This document shows positions 1 through 12,145 of a stretch of DNA of 64,000 nucleotides, in pieces. Source of the DNA: Octopus vulgaris. Its lineage: Eukaryota. The stretch covers positions 2,666,001 through 2,730,000 of the forward strand of contig OX597842.1 of the NCBI GenBank assembly GCA_951406725.2, written 5' to 3'. Below the pieces are notes generated by a model that was given only the letters and a program-made list of their open reading frames with translations, ran no database searches and had not been told where the DNA came from. Numbering within the stretch: the first letter of the stretch is position 1; each line of letters starts with the position of its first letter. Both the position numbers and the translations under genes were made by a program.

Positions 1-226
1 GTGTGTGTGTGTGTGTGCATGTTTGGCACTATCACTTGACAACCGATGTTGGTGTGTTTATATCCCCATAACCTAGTGGTTCAGCAAAAGAGACTGATAG
101 AATAAGTACTAGGCTTACAAAGAATAAGTCCTGCAGTCGATTTGCTTGACTAAAGGCAGTGCTCCAGCATGGCCACAGTCAAACGACTGAAAGAAGCAAA
201 AGAATAAAAGAATATATATATATATA

Positions 227-402
227 TTCGTCTCAAATGCTAGCTGAAGCATAAAAACTTTCACTCACAAAAACTTATTCACACCACCGCAAAGCATTTC
301 ATCTCAATCCTGTCTTCTTTCTGCCGCCTAAAACCTCATCTCCCAATTCTCTCTCTTGCTATGTGGTGTCGGTTCTCCCTCTGTTTTCACTGTCTCTCTC
401 TC

Positions 403-434
<32 letters not shown>

Positions 435-694
435 GGTATATATCTCACCTTCACTCGCTACCGCAGGATGAAAAAAGAAAACATCAGCTAAGTTCCCGAC
501 CTGTTTCCTCTTTTCATTGTTTTTGCAAGCCTTATTATTATTGTGTCCCCATCTAGTAGCGTTGTCGTTGTCTTTCGTCTCAAATGCTAGCTGAAGCATA
601 AAAACTTTCACTCACAAAAACTTATTCACACCACCGCAAATCATTTCATCTCAATCCTGTCTTCTTTCTGCCGCCTAAAACCTCATCTCCCAAT
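227..694 (+). repeat. 121-bp near-perfect direct repeat (227-347 / 574-694)
   Basis: TTCGTCTCAAATGCTAGCTGAAGC...CCTCATCTCCCAAT occurs twice at 347-bp offset, with one mismatch seen (AAAGCATTT vs AAATCATTT). Confidence 0.9.
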
Positions 695-944
695 GCGCGG
701 TGCGCCCGCCCTCCCACCCCCACCACCAATACCGGATATCTCTATATTTTGCTCCATCTATACCGGATGTCGCTTCTCCCACCACCATTATAGGTGTCTA
801 CTCTTCGAACCCCCTCTTCAATACGCTATTTCACCATGCATTACCCCTCTCTCGATATCCTACGTTCTACTTGCCTAGAACCTGTCATCATTTCTCTGAA
901 CCACCCCTCCCCACTGGTGCTCCCCTATATTTCTGCACCCCCCC

Positions 945-1183
945 ACATAAAAAGCACCATCCGAACGTGGCCGATGCCAGACCCCTCTGGCATCTGTGCA
1001 GGTGGCACGTAAAAAGCACCCACTACACTCGCGGAGTGGTTGGCGTTAGGAAGGGCATCCAGCTGTAGAAACACTGCCAGACTAGACTGGAGCCTGGGGC
1101 AGTCCCGAGCTCCCCAGACCCCGGTCGAAACCGTCCAACCCGTGCTAGCGCGGAAAACGGACGTTAAACGATGATGATGATGA

Positions 1184-1187
<4 letters not shown>
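945..1187 (+). mobile_element. SINE/LINE-tail repeat with Meta-domain-like core and (GAT)n RTE-like 3' tail
   Basis: TTGGCGTTAGGAAGGGCATCCAGCTGTAGAAAC core; 3' CCAACCCGTGCTAGC..GGACGTTAAACGATGATGAT. Copies at ~1930-2040, 6665-7020, 22670-23060, 49380-49735, 51715-52055, 57810-58170. Confidence 0.8.
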
Positions 1188-1227
<40 letters not shown>

Positions 1228-1228
1228 T

Positions 1229-1359
1229 TATACAAGAATGTTTTTACAGTGGCTTTGAAGTTTTGGCCAGCTGAGACATCATCAGACTGCCTAGCCATCA
1301 TCTGATGATGGCTTAGATGGCTAAAACTTCGAAGTTACTGACAAATACATCCTTGTATA
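1229..1359. mobile_element. Inverted repeat (~58-bp arms), each arm with a degenerate hammerhead motif
   Basis: Left TATACAAGAATG...CATCATCAGA is the reverse complement of right TCTGATGATGG...CATCCTTGTATA; the right arm reads CTGATGA TGGC TTAGAT GGCT AAAAC TTCGAA GTT ACTG. Confidence 0.7.
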
Positions 1360-2288
1360 TGAAAAATGACTAAGTGCTCTACAAATGCACAGAGAAACTC
1401 CTAAGATTAATGTAAAATTGTTCTTATTATAACTGACCACAAAAACAAACCTTAATATGTCTGTGAATGTGTGTGTGTGTGTACATGTCTTTGTGTCTAC
1501 TTGTTCCTAAGCAATGATCAGGGTTGGTTTGTTTATGTCCCTGTAACTTATGAATTTGTTAAAAAGATGCTGATAGATCAAGTATCAGACTTTAAGAATA
1601 CATAAGTACTGTGGTCGATTCACTTGACAAAAAAAACCTTTGAAGGTAGTGCCCCAGCATGGTCGTATTCCAATGACTGAAGCAAATAAACTGGGGAAAA
1701 GAATTACATTACAAAAGCTGAGCTGGTTTCCATGCAGCTAAGTATGGAGCAGATATTTTCTTTATAATAACAAACTGCACCCAAATGGTTTCATCTTTGA
1801 AATGAATCACCATCAGAAGGCATTAAATAAATACGTGTAGAAGACGAAAGAATTCATTATAGGAAGTTCTTCATTTTTAGAAAAAATTCCAAGAATATGC
1901 AATTCAAAGAAGATCCAGTTTCATGAATGTACGAGACTGGAGTCTGGTGCAGCCCCTCAGCTTGCCAGCCCAGGTCAAACTGTCCAGCCCATGCCAGCCA
2001 GCATGAACAACGGATGTTAAATGATTATGATGATGATGATACTGGAGGTAAGGCCACAGGTCTGGCTGTGTGGTTAAGGAGATTGCTTTACAACCAAGTG
2101 ATTTCAGGTTCAGTCTCAATGCCTGGCATCTTGGGCAGGTTGTCTGCTACTCTAGATTAGGGCCAACCAATGCATTCTGAATGAATTGGCACATGAAAAC
2201 TGCATGGAAGCCCATCACATACACATGTATACATACATACATATATATATATATATACACATGCCTATATATATATAGACATGCCTGT

Positions 2289-2324
<36 letters not shown>

Positions 2325-3000
2325 GCCTATATATATATGCATGTATATATATATATGTACATGCCTATACATACATATTTAATTCAGTGCTCTGGCAGCT
2401 GTCAATTGACTGAAACAAGTAGAATTAAAGGGCTTTTAGTTGAAGAAATAGACCCAGGACTTATTTTTTGTAAGCCTAGTATTTATTCTATATAGATAGA
2501 TACACACACACACGCGTGGTAGAGTATCTGAGCCGTCAATAATGATGGACTTTTTGGCTGAAAAAATTACTGGATTAAAGTTGATAATTAGAGAATGAGG
2601 AAGTAAATAGAAATACCAAAATAACAGAAAAATAAGAAAATTCTAAGTATCACTCCCAAAATATTTTACAGGTATGATTCACTGCAGAAATTCATTAAGA
2701 ACATGTGAAGACATAAGGAGGTACTAACGTACCTTTGGCCTTCCGGATTTTCAATTTGTAATTCCAAAGAATTCCTACCCCTAATCCTCACCCAGATCAG
2801 GTCCTTTCACAGTAAGTCACATGCTACAATAAAATCCAAATTTCTGATGACCACAGTCAATTGACTGAACAAGTAAAAGATAAAAGATATGAGTGTGTGT
2901 GTGTGTGTGTGTGTCTTTGTTTCTTCCCTACCTCTGTTTGACAACTGGTGTGTGTGTGTTTATGTCCCCATAACTTAGTGGTTCAGCAAAAGATACTGAT

Positions 3001-3420
3001 AGGCACAAGAGTGGCTGTGTGGTAAGTAGCTTGCTTACCAGACACATGATCCGGGTTCAGTCCCACTGTGTGGAACCTTGGGTATGTGTCTTCAGCTATA
3101 GCCTCAGGCCGACCAAAGCCTTGGGAGTGGATTTGCTAGACGGAAACTGAAAGAAGCCTGTCGTATATATGTATATATATATATATATATGTGTGTGTAT
3201 ATGTGTGTATATGTTTGTGTGTCTGTGTTTGTCCCCCCAGCATCGCTTGACAACCGATGCTGGTGTGTTTACGTCCCCGTAACATTAGCAGTTCGGCAAA
3301 ATAAACCAATACAATAAGTGCTGGGCTTCCAAAGAATAAGTCCTGGGGTTGATTTGCTCGACTAAAGGCAGTGCTCCAGCATGGCTGCAGTCAAATGACT
3401 GAAACAAGTAAAAGAGTAAA
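3001..3420 (+). mobile_element. tRNA-derived SINE family A (dominant family), full length
   Basis: A-box-like TGGCTGTGTGG, B-box-like GGTTCAGTCCC, CORE-like CCTTGGGCAAGTG region, internal (TA)/(TG) microsatellite, tail CCAGCATGGC..CAGTCAAATGACTGAAACAAGTAAAAGAG. Confidence 0.9.
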
Positions 3421-3624
3421 ACAGAGAGAATAAGTAGGTAGCAGGCTTTACAACCAGTGTTGGTGCATTTATATCCCTGCAACTTAGGGAGTTTAGCAAA
3501 AGAGATAAACAGAGTATCAAGCGTAAATGGAAAATAAGTGCTGAGATCAATCAGTTCAACTGAAATTCTTCAAGGCGATGTCCCAGCATGGCCACAGGCT
3601 AATGACCAAAACACAGAAATACAT

Positions 3625-3845
3625 AGATTCTTTTCTACACTAGCCACAAGGCCTAAAATTTTTTGGGAGGGGGCAAGTAGATTAGATTGACCCTAGTACA
3701 CAACTGGTACTTAGTTAATCGACCCTGAAAGGAGGAAAGGCAAAGTCGACCTCGGCAGAATTTGAACTCAGAGCATAACAACGGATGAAATAATTCTAAG
3801 CATTTTACTTGGCGTGCTAACGTTTCTGCCAGCTAGCCGTCTTAA
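3625..3845 (-). mobile_element. SINE family D with Deu/Nin-like domain
   Basis: Minus strand reads GAGTTCAAATTCTGCCGAGGTCGACTTTGCCTTTCCTCCTTTCAGGGTCGA..AAGTACCAG, resembling the Deu/Nin SINE domain. Confidence 0.75.
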
Positions 3846-3866
3846 TAATAAAAGATATATTATGTT

Positions 3867-4278
3867 CTCTTTTACTCTTTTACTTGTTTCAGTCATGTGA
3901 CTGTGGCCATGCTGGAGCACCACCTTTAGTCGAGCAAATTGACCCCAGTACTTATTCTTTGTAAGCCCAGTACTTATTCTATCGGTCTCTTTTGCCGAAC
4001 TGCTAAGTTACGGGAACATAAACACACCAGCATCAGTTGTCAAGCAATGCTAGGGGGACAAACACAGACACACAAACATATACACACACATACATATATA
4101 TATATGCATATATACAACGGGCTTCTTTCAGTTTCCGTCTACCAAATCCACTCACAAGGCTTTGGTTGGCCTAAGGCTATAGTAGAAGATACTTGCCCAT
4201 GGCACCATGCAGTGGGACTGAACCCAGAACTATGTGGTTTGTAAGCAAGCTACTTACCACACAGCCACTCCTGTGCCT
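3867..4278 (-). mobile_element. SINE family A, full length
   Basis: Reverse complement of the 3001-3420 element. Confidence 0.9.
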
Positions 4279-4385
4279 ATATGATAATGAAGATAGCAGA
4301 ATGAAATTCTGAATACAAAAGTTAAACAGAACAATTCCAGTAAGTTAATGGACACCTTGTTTGAAGATTGAGAGAGATTGTTATC

Positions 4386-4793
4386 AGGCACAGGAGTGGC
4401 TGTGTGGTAAGTAGCTTGCTTACCAACCACATGGTTTCGGGTTCAGTCCTACTGTGTGGCACCTTGGGCAAGTGTCTTCTACTATAGCCTCGGGCCGACC
4501 AATGCCTTGTGAGTGGATTTGGTAGACGGAAACTGAAAGAAGCCTGTCGTATATATGTATACATATGTTTGTGTGTATATGTGTTTGTGTGTCTGTGTTT
4601 GTCCCCCTAGCATTGCTTGACAACCGATGCTGGTGTGTTTATGTCCCCTTTACTTAGCGGTTCGGCAAAAGAGACCGATAGAATAAGTACTGGGCTTACA
4701 AAGAATAATTCCCAGGGTCGAGTTGCTCGACTAAAGGTGGTACTCCAGCATGGCCACAGTCAAATGACTGAAACAAGTAAAAGAGTAAAAGAG
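4386..4793 (+). mobile_element. SINE family A, full length
   Basis: Same head, microsatellite and tail layout. Confidence 0.9.
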
Positions 4794-5367
4794 TCTTTTG
4801 GAGAAAGAAACCAAATCAGACTTAAGCACCATTGTTCTCTGGTATGGCAGCAACTTAACTTACCTCAAAAGAACTGTTTAGGCTATAATACTGATGAAGG
4901 AATCTCTTGTAAATATTGTGATGCATGGTAAATATCAAAACATTTGTTAGACATTAAGAAAGCAGGAATGAACTTTCGAATATAAGATGCAGACAGAACA
5001 ACTTAATAGAGATGCTGTTTGCTGTGAAATAGTAGAAATGCTGTGGGTTAATTGAGAAAACTTGAAACTGCCTCATGAAGAATTATGAGACAAATACCAA
5101 AAAAATAAGCAGAACAACTCCAGGTCATATCGAATGATTTAGATGGTAAATCATGCAAAACGGAACTAATTCAACAGATTCAAATGTTAAAGAGTTACTT
5201 ACAAAAAAATGAATAAAATACACAAAGTGTATTTATATAAAATATCTGTCTGTCTCTCTAAATGTGTGTATGTGTGTGTATAAAATAAATGATGGATAGG
5301 TGTCAATTCATTACAGATGTTTACAAAGAAATTTTAATAGATTAATGGATATATTATATCATTATAT

Positions 5368-5733
5368 GCACAGGAGTGGCTGTGTGGAAAGTAGCTTGCT
5401 TACGAATCACATGGTTCCGGGTTCAGTCCCACTGCATGGCACCTTGGGCAAGTGTCTTCTACTATAGCCTCGGGCCGACCAAAGCCTTAAGAGTGGATTT
5501 GGTAAATGGAAACTGAAAGAAGTCTGCCATACATATGTATATATATATATATATATAAAGGGAAAGTTTACGAAAATAAACAAAAGACAAAGACAGGTGG
5601 TGTACAAAACAAACAGATGTATTAGTATAATGCTCAGGAAGAGAAAAAGTCTTTTACGTTTCGAGCCTACGCTCTTCGACAGAAAGATACACGGAAGAAA
5701 ACAAGGAAAGAAAAAAATGCATGTAGGAGCTAA

Positions 5734-5819
<86 letters not shown>

Positions 5820-6039
5820 GTGTATATGTCTGTGTGTCTGTGTCTGTCCCCCCCAACATCGCTTGACAACCGATGCTGGTGTATTTATGTCCTCGTAACC
5901 TAGTGGTTCGGCTAAAGTGACCAATAGAATAAGTACTAGGTTTACAAAGAATAAGTCCTGAGGTCGATTTGCTCAACTAAAAGCGGTGTTCCAGCATGGC
6001 CACAGTCAAATGACTGAAACAAGTAAAAGTGTAAAAGAG
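5368..6039 (+). mobile_element. SINE family A interrupted by a hammerhead-bearing element
   Basis: Head 5368-5530 and tail ~5830-6039, with a foreign ~180-bp insert inside its (TA)n tract. Confidence 0.85.
5557..5737 (-). mobile_element. Short non-coding element (family H1) with minimal hammerhead-like motif
   Basis: Minus strand 5650-5687 reads TCTTT CTGTCGA AGAGC GTAG GCTC GAAAC GTA AAAGA; flanked by (TA)n on both sides. Confidence 0.8.
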
Positions 6040-6664
6040 TTATAAAAAACCCGTTTTCTTCAGATGAATACATGAACCACAATATGAGGAACATTTAAAA
6101 ACATTAAAAGTCCACAGCATGTGCATAGTTTGTAATTCCTCAATCTTCACTGCTCACAGGATACATACATACATACATATATAGACCATATATAGACTTT
6201 GCTTCTTACTCGTATTCTCAGAAATTTCGCACGATTGTATCCAAAATTTCTTCACATAACTTGATTAACAATTCACTATGAACTATATATGGACATGCAC
6301 AAATTCTGTAAGTTCAAGACCTTTCATCGGATCTCCAGGAATCGAACTTTCTTCAATGCAGTTAAACTCACACCCTCATTTGTATCTACCCCTTTTGATG
6401 TTTGGGAATCTCTGATGTTTTTTCGGCTGACGAGTACGAGCCATCTATATTTACTGCATTTTTTGTAGCTTATTAAAGATGTCCTCGTACGAAAGAATTG
6501 TACCAATAATTTAATCCATTCTTGTTGCTTTTTTCCTATACATACATATATACGTGCATACATACATACATACATACATACATACATACATACATACATA
6601 CATACATACATACATACATACATGCATGCATGCATTCATTCATACATACATACATACATATATA

Positions 6665-7020
6665 TATATCAATGGAAATTGTAGCTGTGATACCAGTGCC
6701 GGTGGCACGTAAGTGAACCATCCGAATGTGGCCGTTGCCAGTACCGTCCCAACGGGCCTCTATGCCGGTGGCATGTAAAAAGCACCATCCGATCGTGGCC
6801 GTTGCCAGCCTCATCTGGCCCCCGTGCTAGTGGCACGTAAAAAGCACCATCTGACCATGGCCGTTAGGAGTGATTGGTGTTAGGAAGGGCATCCAGCCAT
6901 AGAAACATTGCCAGATCAGACTGGGCCTGGTGCAGCCTTCTGGCTTCCCAGACCCCAGTTAAACCGTCCAACCTATGCTAGCATGGAAAGCAGACGCTAA
7001 ATGATGATGATGATGATGTA
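6665..7020 (+). mobile_element. Meta-domain/(GAT)n-tail repeat with internal tandem subrepeats
   Basis: Three GGTGGCACGTAAAAAGCACCATCCGA-like units, then the AGGAAGGGCATCCAG core and (GAT)n tail. Confidence 0.8.
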
Positions 7021-7299
7021 TATATAATACCTGTTGAAATCTGTGTGTTTTTGTCTGTAATCTCCACCACTTGATAACCACTGATGGTTTGTTTGCATCC
7101 CCATAACTTAGCAGTTTGGCGAAAAGACTTATAAGATAAGCACCAGACTTTGAAAACTAGGGTCAATGTGTATAATGAAAACCTGTCAAGGCAGTACACC
7201 TGTAGGACCCAAACAAGAGAGGGGGTAAAAGATATAAGTGTGTGTAGTATTCTCATTACTGAAGCACTAATAAGATATTTGTTATCTCCTATAATCCTA

Positions 7300-7640
7300 G
7301 TAAAGACCTCTTTTCATCATGAATGACCATGGGATTGCACCTGGAAAGTTCCCTGCCAAGGTACACAAGTCCAGGCAATGTTGTCTATGGAAGACCAGCA
7401 TTCACCCATGCATGCCAGCCTCCCCTCTCCATGCCACCAGTGTTATCCAAGGGAAAGGCAAAGGGACCGATACAGCTTGGCACCTGTGACACCACAACTC
7501 ATTTTTACAGCTGAGTGAACTGGAGCAACGTGAAATAGAGTGTCTTGCTCAAGAACACAGTACACAGCCTGGTCCAGGAATCAAATTCATAACCTCATGA
7601 CTGTAAATCAAACACTCTACCCACTGAGCCATGTGCCTTT
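7300..7640 (-). mobile_element. tRNA-derived SINE family C
   Basis: Homologous to 26290-26622; minus strand has a tRNA-like head followed by GTGTTCTTGAGCAAGACACT. Confidence 0.75.
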
Positions 7641-8477
7641 GCTAAGGTGCAAGTGGCTGAGTACTCCACAGACATGTGTACCCTTTTCTGTTCACAAATC
7701 CACTTAGAAGGCTTTGATATGCCCAAGGCTACAACAGAAGACATTTACCCATGGTACAACGCAGTAGGACTGAACCTGGAACCATGTGGTTGGGAAGCAA
7801 GCTTCCTACCACACAGCCGCGCCTTTGTGACTTACCATATATCTTCAGTCAATCTGGCCTTCTATCAGAACCTGTGTAAGGTTCTGCATGGAAACTGTGT
7901 ATAAGTCAGCACATATAGATATACATACATATATGTATATATATATATTTGTGTGTATATATATATATATATTTGTATGAGTGACGGTGATGACAGTGAT
8001 GGTGATGATGATGATGATGATGATGATGACGTGTGTGTGTATGGAGGGAGAGTATATGGATGTTGATTATCGTTATCAAAAATAACGCAGAAAAAAATAT
8101 GCCTTAGAGGTGTGTTCTGCTTGCTAAACACACACACACACATGTGCATATACATACACACACACACACACACACACATGTACAAGCATTCCTACCTCTT
8201 TCTCTCTCCATGATATATGTTAATTTGTGATTATTTTACAGGAAACTAGTCACAAAGAAATTTATAAACACTCATATATATACATATATATACACACACA
8301 GACACATATGTGCATATACACACATTTACATAACATGTACATACATACACTTAAGCATACACACACAAACACACATACATACATATATATTAATGTACGC
8401 ATTCATATATATATATATACATATAAATTCACACACATAAATATACATATACAAATTCACATATATATGCACATATC

Positions 8478-8513
<36 letters not shown>

Positions 8514-9159
8514 TGATATATATGTACACATACACACACATCTCTCTCCCTTTCTCTCTCTCTCTCTATCTCTATCAATCTCTCTCTATATATAGATATA
8601 TACATATATATATGAATGTATGTATGTATGTACGTATGTATGTATGCTGTTTCAATTAATGCTAATTATTTAAAAAGATAATATTTTAAGATAAGTGTCT
8701 GATGAAAGGCAATTCAATATGGCCGTTCTTTTACAGTCCCTGGTGGCCATATATATTTTAACTGCCATTGGTTTTTTTTTTTACACAAACACACATCCAT
8801 GCTATAAATTTGATGGATATTTTATATGATATGAAATTCTCTTTGTGTACTTCAGTGTTTGTATGTGTGTGTGAGTATATGTGGCAAGTATCTGTGATTA
8901 GGTGCCTGTGTATACATGTGTGTGTGTATTTTATACGATGTTTGTGTATCATACTAAAATATATAATATATATATTCATGTAATAAACGTTATGCATTTG
9001 TGTTATTGAATATATATATATATATATTAACATCAACACCAGCAATGTTGGTGGAACATTTCCATCAAAATTTCAACCGAGTGCAAGGACAACAGGCCAG
9101 ATATTGTTCTTTGGGATGGACAAGAAAAAAGTAAGACATACAACACATGCATATACATA

Positions 9160-9593
9160 CATTCATGCATACATACATACATACATACAGAGAGACAGAT
9201 ATACATACATACATACATACATACATACATACATACATACATACAGAGAGACATACATACATACATACATACATACATACATACAGAGAGACAGACAGAC
9301 ATACATACATACATACATACATACATACATACATACAGAGAGACATACATACATACATACATACATACATACATACATACATACATACAGAGAGACATAC
9401 ATACATACATACATACATACATACATACAGACATACATACAGAGAGACATACATACATACATACATACATACATACATACAGAGAGACATACATACATAC
9501 ATACATACATACATACATACATACATACATACATACAGAGAGACATACATACATACATACATACATACATACATACATACATACATACATACA

Positions 9594-9627
<34 letters not shown>

Positions 9628-9693
9628 CAGAGAGACAGACAGACATACATACATACATACATACATACATACATACATACATACATACATACA
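9160..9693. repeat. (CATA)n microsatellite with periodic CAGAGAGA interruptions
   Basis: Direct inspection; it is the source of the 224-289 aa pseudo-ORFs. Confidence 0.95.
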
Positions 9694-9912
9694 GCTTCTG
9701 CACGCATTTTTTTTCTCTCCTTGTTTCTCTCCTTGTTTCTCTCCTTGTTTCTCTCCGTGTTTCTTTTCTGTGTATCTTTCTGTTGAAGAGCTTAGGCTTG
9801 AAACGTAAAAGACTTGTTTTATTTCTATTCCTGAGCACCATACTAATACAATTGTTTGTTTGTACTCCACCTGCCTTCGTCTTTTGTTTATTTTCATAAA
9901 GCTTCCCGTTAC
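9694..9912 (+). mobile_element. Family H1 hammerhead-bearing element
   Basis: 9775-9812 TCTTT CTGTTGA AGAGC TTAG GCTT GAAAC GTA AAAGA; homologous to 5557-5737. Confidence 0.8.
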
Positions 9913-9934
9913 ATATATACATACGTACATACAT

Positions 9935-10380
9935 GTGAAAAAAAGAATACCTATGCTGAACTATTGAGAAATTTGCAGTTACTCTATCCAGATTACAAGT
10001 TCAGGTTTATACTTGTAATTAATGGGGCCCTGGGATATGTAACGCACTCCCTAAATACCAATCTTGAGAAATTAGGATTCTGATAACCAGAAAGGAGAAA
10101 GATTATCTGAAGGCTACAGGTCCAATCCATCACTGGAACAGTAAAAATCTGTGAAACTTTCCACAAGTTTATCATTTGAGTATATATGCACATGTCTAGA
10201 TATGCAACTCTATGCATGAGAATACATACATAAAGCAAAACATACAAATCTGCACATATACACACATACAAAAATACATTGTGGTTGATGTTGAAATTCC
10301 AATGAAGGAACCTGAGATGTAGGTTAGAAACCACCTCTGTCTCTGTTGACAAGAAATTTTGAAATAGAATTGAACAATGT
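9935..10380 (+). pseudogene. 3' end of an R4/Dong-like (RLE-type) non-LTR retrotransposon
   Basis: EKKNTYAELLRNLQLLYPDYKFRFILVINGALGYVTHSLNTNLEKLGF resembles the RLE C-terminus (VIGALG motif); in-frame stops; 3' UTR ends in (CATA)n; homologous to 41988-42678. Confidence 0.7.
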
Positions 10381-11088
10381 CATACATACATATTTACATA
10401 GATACATACATACATGCATGCATGCATACAACCATACATACATACGTACGTACATACATACATACATACATACATACGTGCATACATACATACATACATA
10501 CATACATGCACACATACATACATACATACATACATACATACACACATACACACATACATACATACATACATACATACATACATACATACATACGTGCATA
10601 CATACAACCATTGTCCAGGGTCCTTTTGATACCACCTTGTATTTATTCCTTGCTGGACAGGACACTGGTCCATGACAAGATTTCTGTCTTCTGTTTCAAT
10701 TATTAGACGGGGGAACCACATTGAAGGACCTTAGTTGGACAAACAGACCCCAGTAAGTTTTTTTTTAAAGCTTGGTACCTTATTCTATTGGGCTCTTTTG
10801 TCAAACTGCTAAGTTACGGGTGTAAAAACACAACACTTGTTGTCAAGTGGCAATGGGGGACATACACAAACAGAAAGTCACGCACATGCATGCACGCACA
10901 CATGCACCCCCACATATATATATATTAAATGGGCTTCTTTCAGTTTCCATCTACCAAATTCATTGACAAGGTTTTGGTTGACCTGCAGCTATAGTAGAAG
11001 ACACTTGCCTGAGGTTCCACGCAGTGGAATAGAACCTAGGTCCCTGTGGTTCAGAAGCAAGCTTCTTACCACACAGTCATGCCTGAAC

Positions 11089-11140
<52 letters not shown>

Positions 11141-11248
11141 TTTAAAATTTAAATAACGAGGGAGATAAATTGAATATTAATTTAATTAATATCAATTTAA
11201 AACCAGTAGCCTAGAATATAAAAAATCTGAAATATCAGAAAATTCCAA

Positions 11249-11403
11249 TACATGTGTATATTTTGGGATAAACCACTAGGTGGATAACCAATACACTAGA
11301 AGAAGATCACATACGATTTTTTTTTCTTTGTAGTTAGATTATATGTGATCTTCTAGCGTATTGGTTATCCACCTTGTGGTTTTTCCCTAAATATACAAAT
11401 GTA
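11249..11403. repeat. Inverted repeat, ~62-bp arms with ~28-bp spacer
   Basis: TACATGTGTATATTTTGGGATAAACCACTAGGTGGATAACCAATAC..GATCACATA versus TATGTGATC..GTATTGGTTATCCACCTTGTGGTTTTTCCCTAAATATACAAATGTA. Confidence 0.85.
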
Positions 11404-11421
11404 TAATATACATATATATAT

Positions 11422-11585
11422 AGGCGTAGGAGTGGCTGTGTGGTAAGTAACTTGCGTACAGACCACATGGTTCAGGGTTCTCTCCCACTACGTGGCAGCT
11501 TGGGCAAGTGTCTTCTACTATAACCTTGGGCCGACCAAAGCCTTGTGAGTGGATTTGGTAGACGGAAACTGAAAGAAGCCCGTCG

Positions 11586-11621
<36 letters not shown>

Positions 11622-11842
11622 TGTGTGTATATGTGTTTATGTGCCTGTGTTTGTCCTCCCAACATCGCTTGACAACCGATGCTGGTGTGTTTACGTCCCC
11701 ATAACTTAGCAGTTCGGCAAAAGACCGATAGAATAAGTACTAGGCTTACAAAGAATAAGTCGTGGGGTTGATTTGCTTGACTAAAGGTGGTGCTCCTGCA
11801 TGGCCACAGTCAAATGACTGAAACAAGTAAAAGAGAAAAGAG
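11422..11842 (+). mobile_element. SINE family A, full length
   Basis: Same diagnostic head and tail. Confidence 0.9.
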
Positions 11843-11934
11843 TATATACATATATATATATATATATACCGGAGTAAACACATAAATGTGAAACAAAGTG
11901 GAGAAAAGAGTACTCAAATACCAGTGGTAGAGTA

Positions 11935-12104
11935 ATATGCTTTATTTAAAGCAGCAGAAAATTCTACAAAACCTGTTACTCTGAGTTTCGTGTTGCCGTT
12001 CGTCAGACAGTTTTTGCTAGAATTCTAGCAAAAACTGTCCGACGAATGGCAATGGGAAACTCTGAGTAACAGGTTTTGTAGAATTTTCTGCTGCTTTAAA
12101 TAAA

Positions 12105-12110
<6 letters not shown>
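11935..12110. mobile_element. Spacerless palindrome (~88-bp arms) with two outward-facing hammerhead motifs
   Basis: Centred on GAATTC (12020-12025). Minus 11973-12010: CTGT CTGACGA ACGGCAACAC GAAAC TCAGA GTA ACAG. Plus 12035-12072: CTGT CCGACGA ATGGCAATGG GAAAC TCTGA GTA ACAG. Confidence 0.85.

Positions 12111-12145
<35 letters not shown>

Noticed and set aside
4800-5200. CxxC peptide (ISCKYCDAW), possible transposase zinc finger
   Set aside because: Too short and degraded to assign.
9033-9934. Long ORFs of 224-289 aa
   Set aside because: Translations of (CATA)n, open in several frames on both strands.
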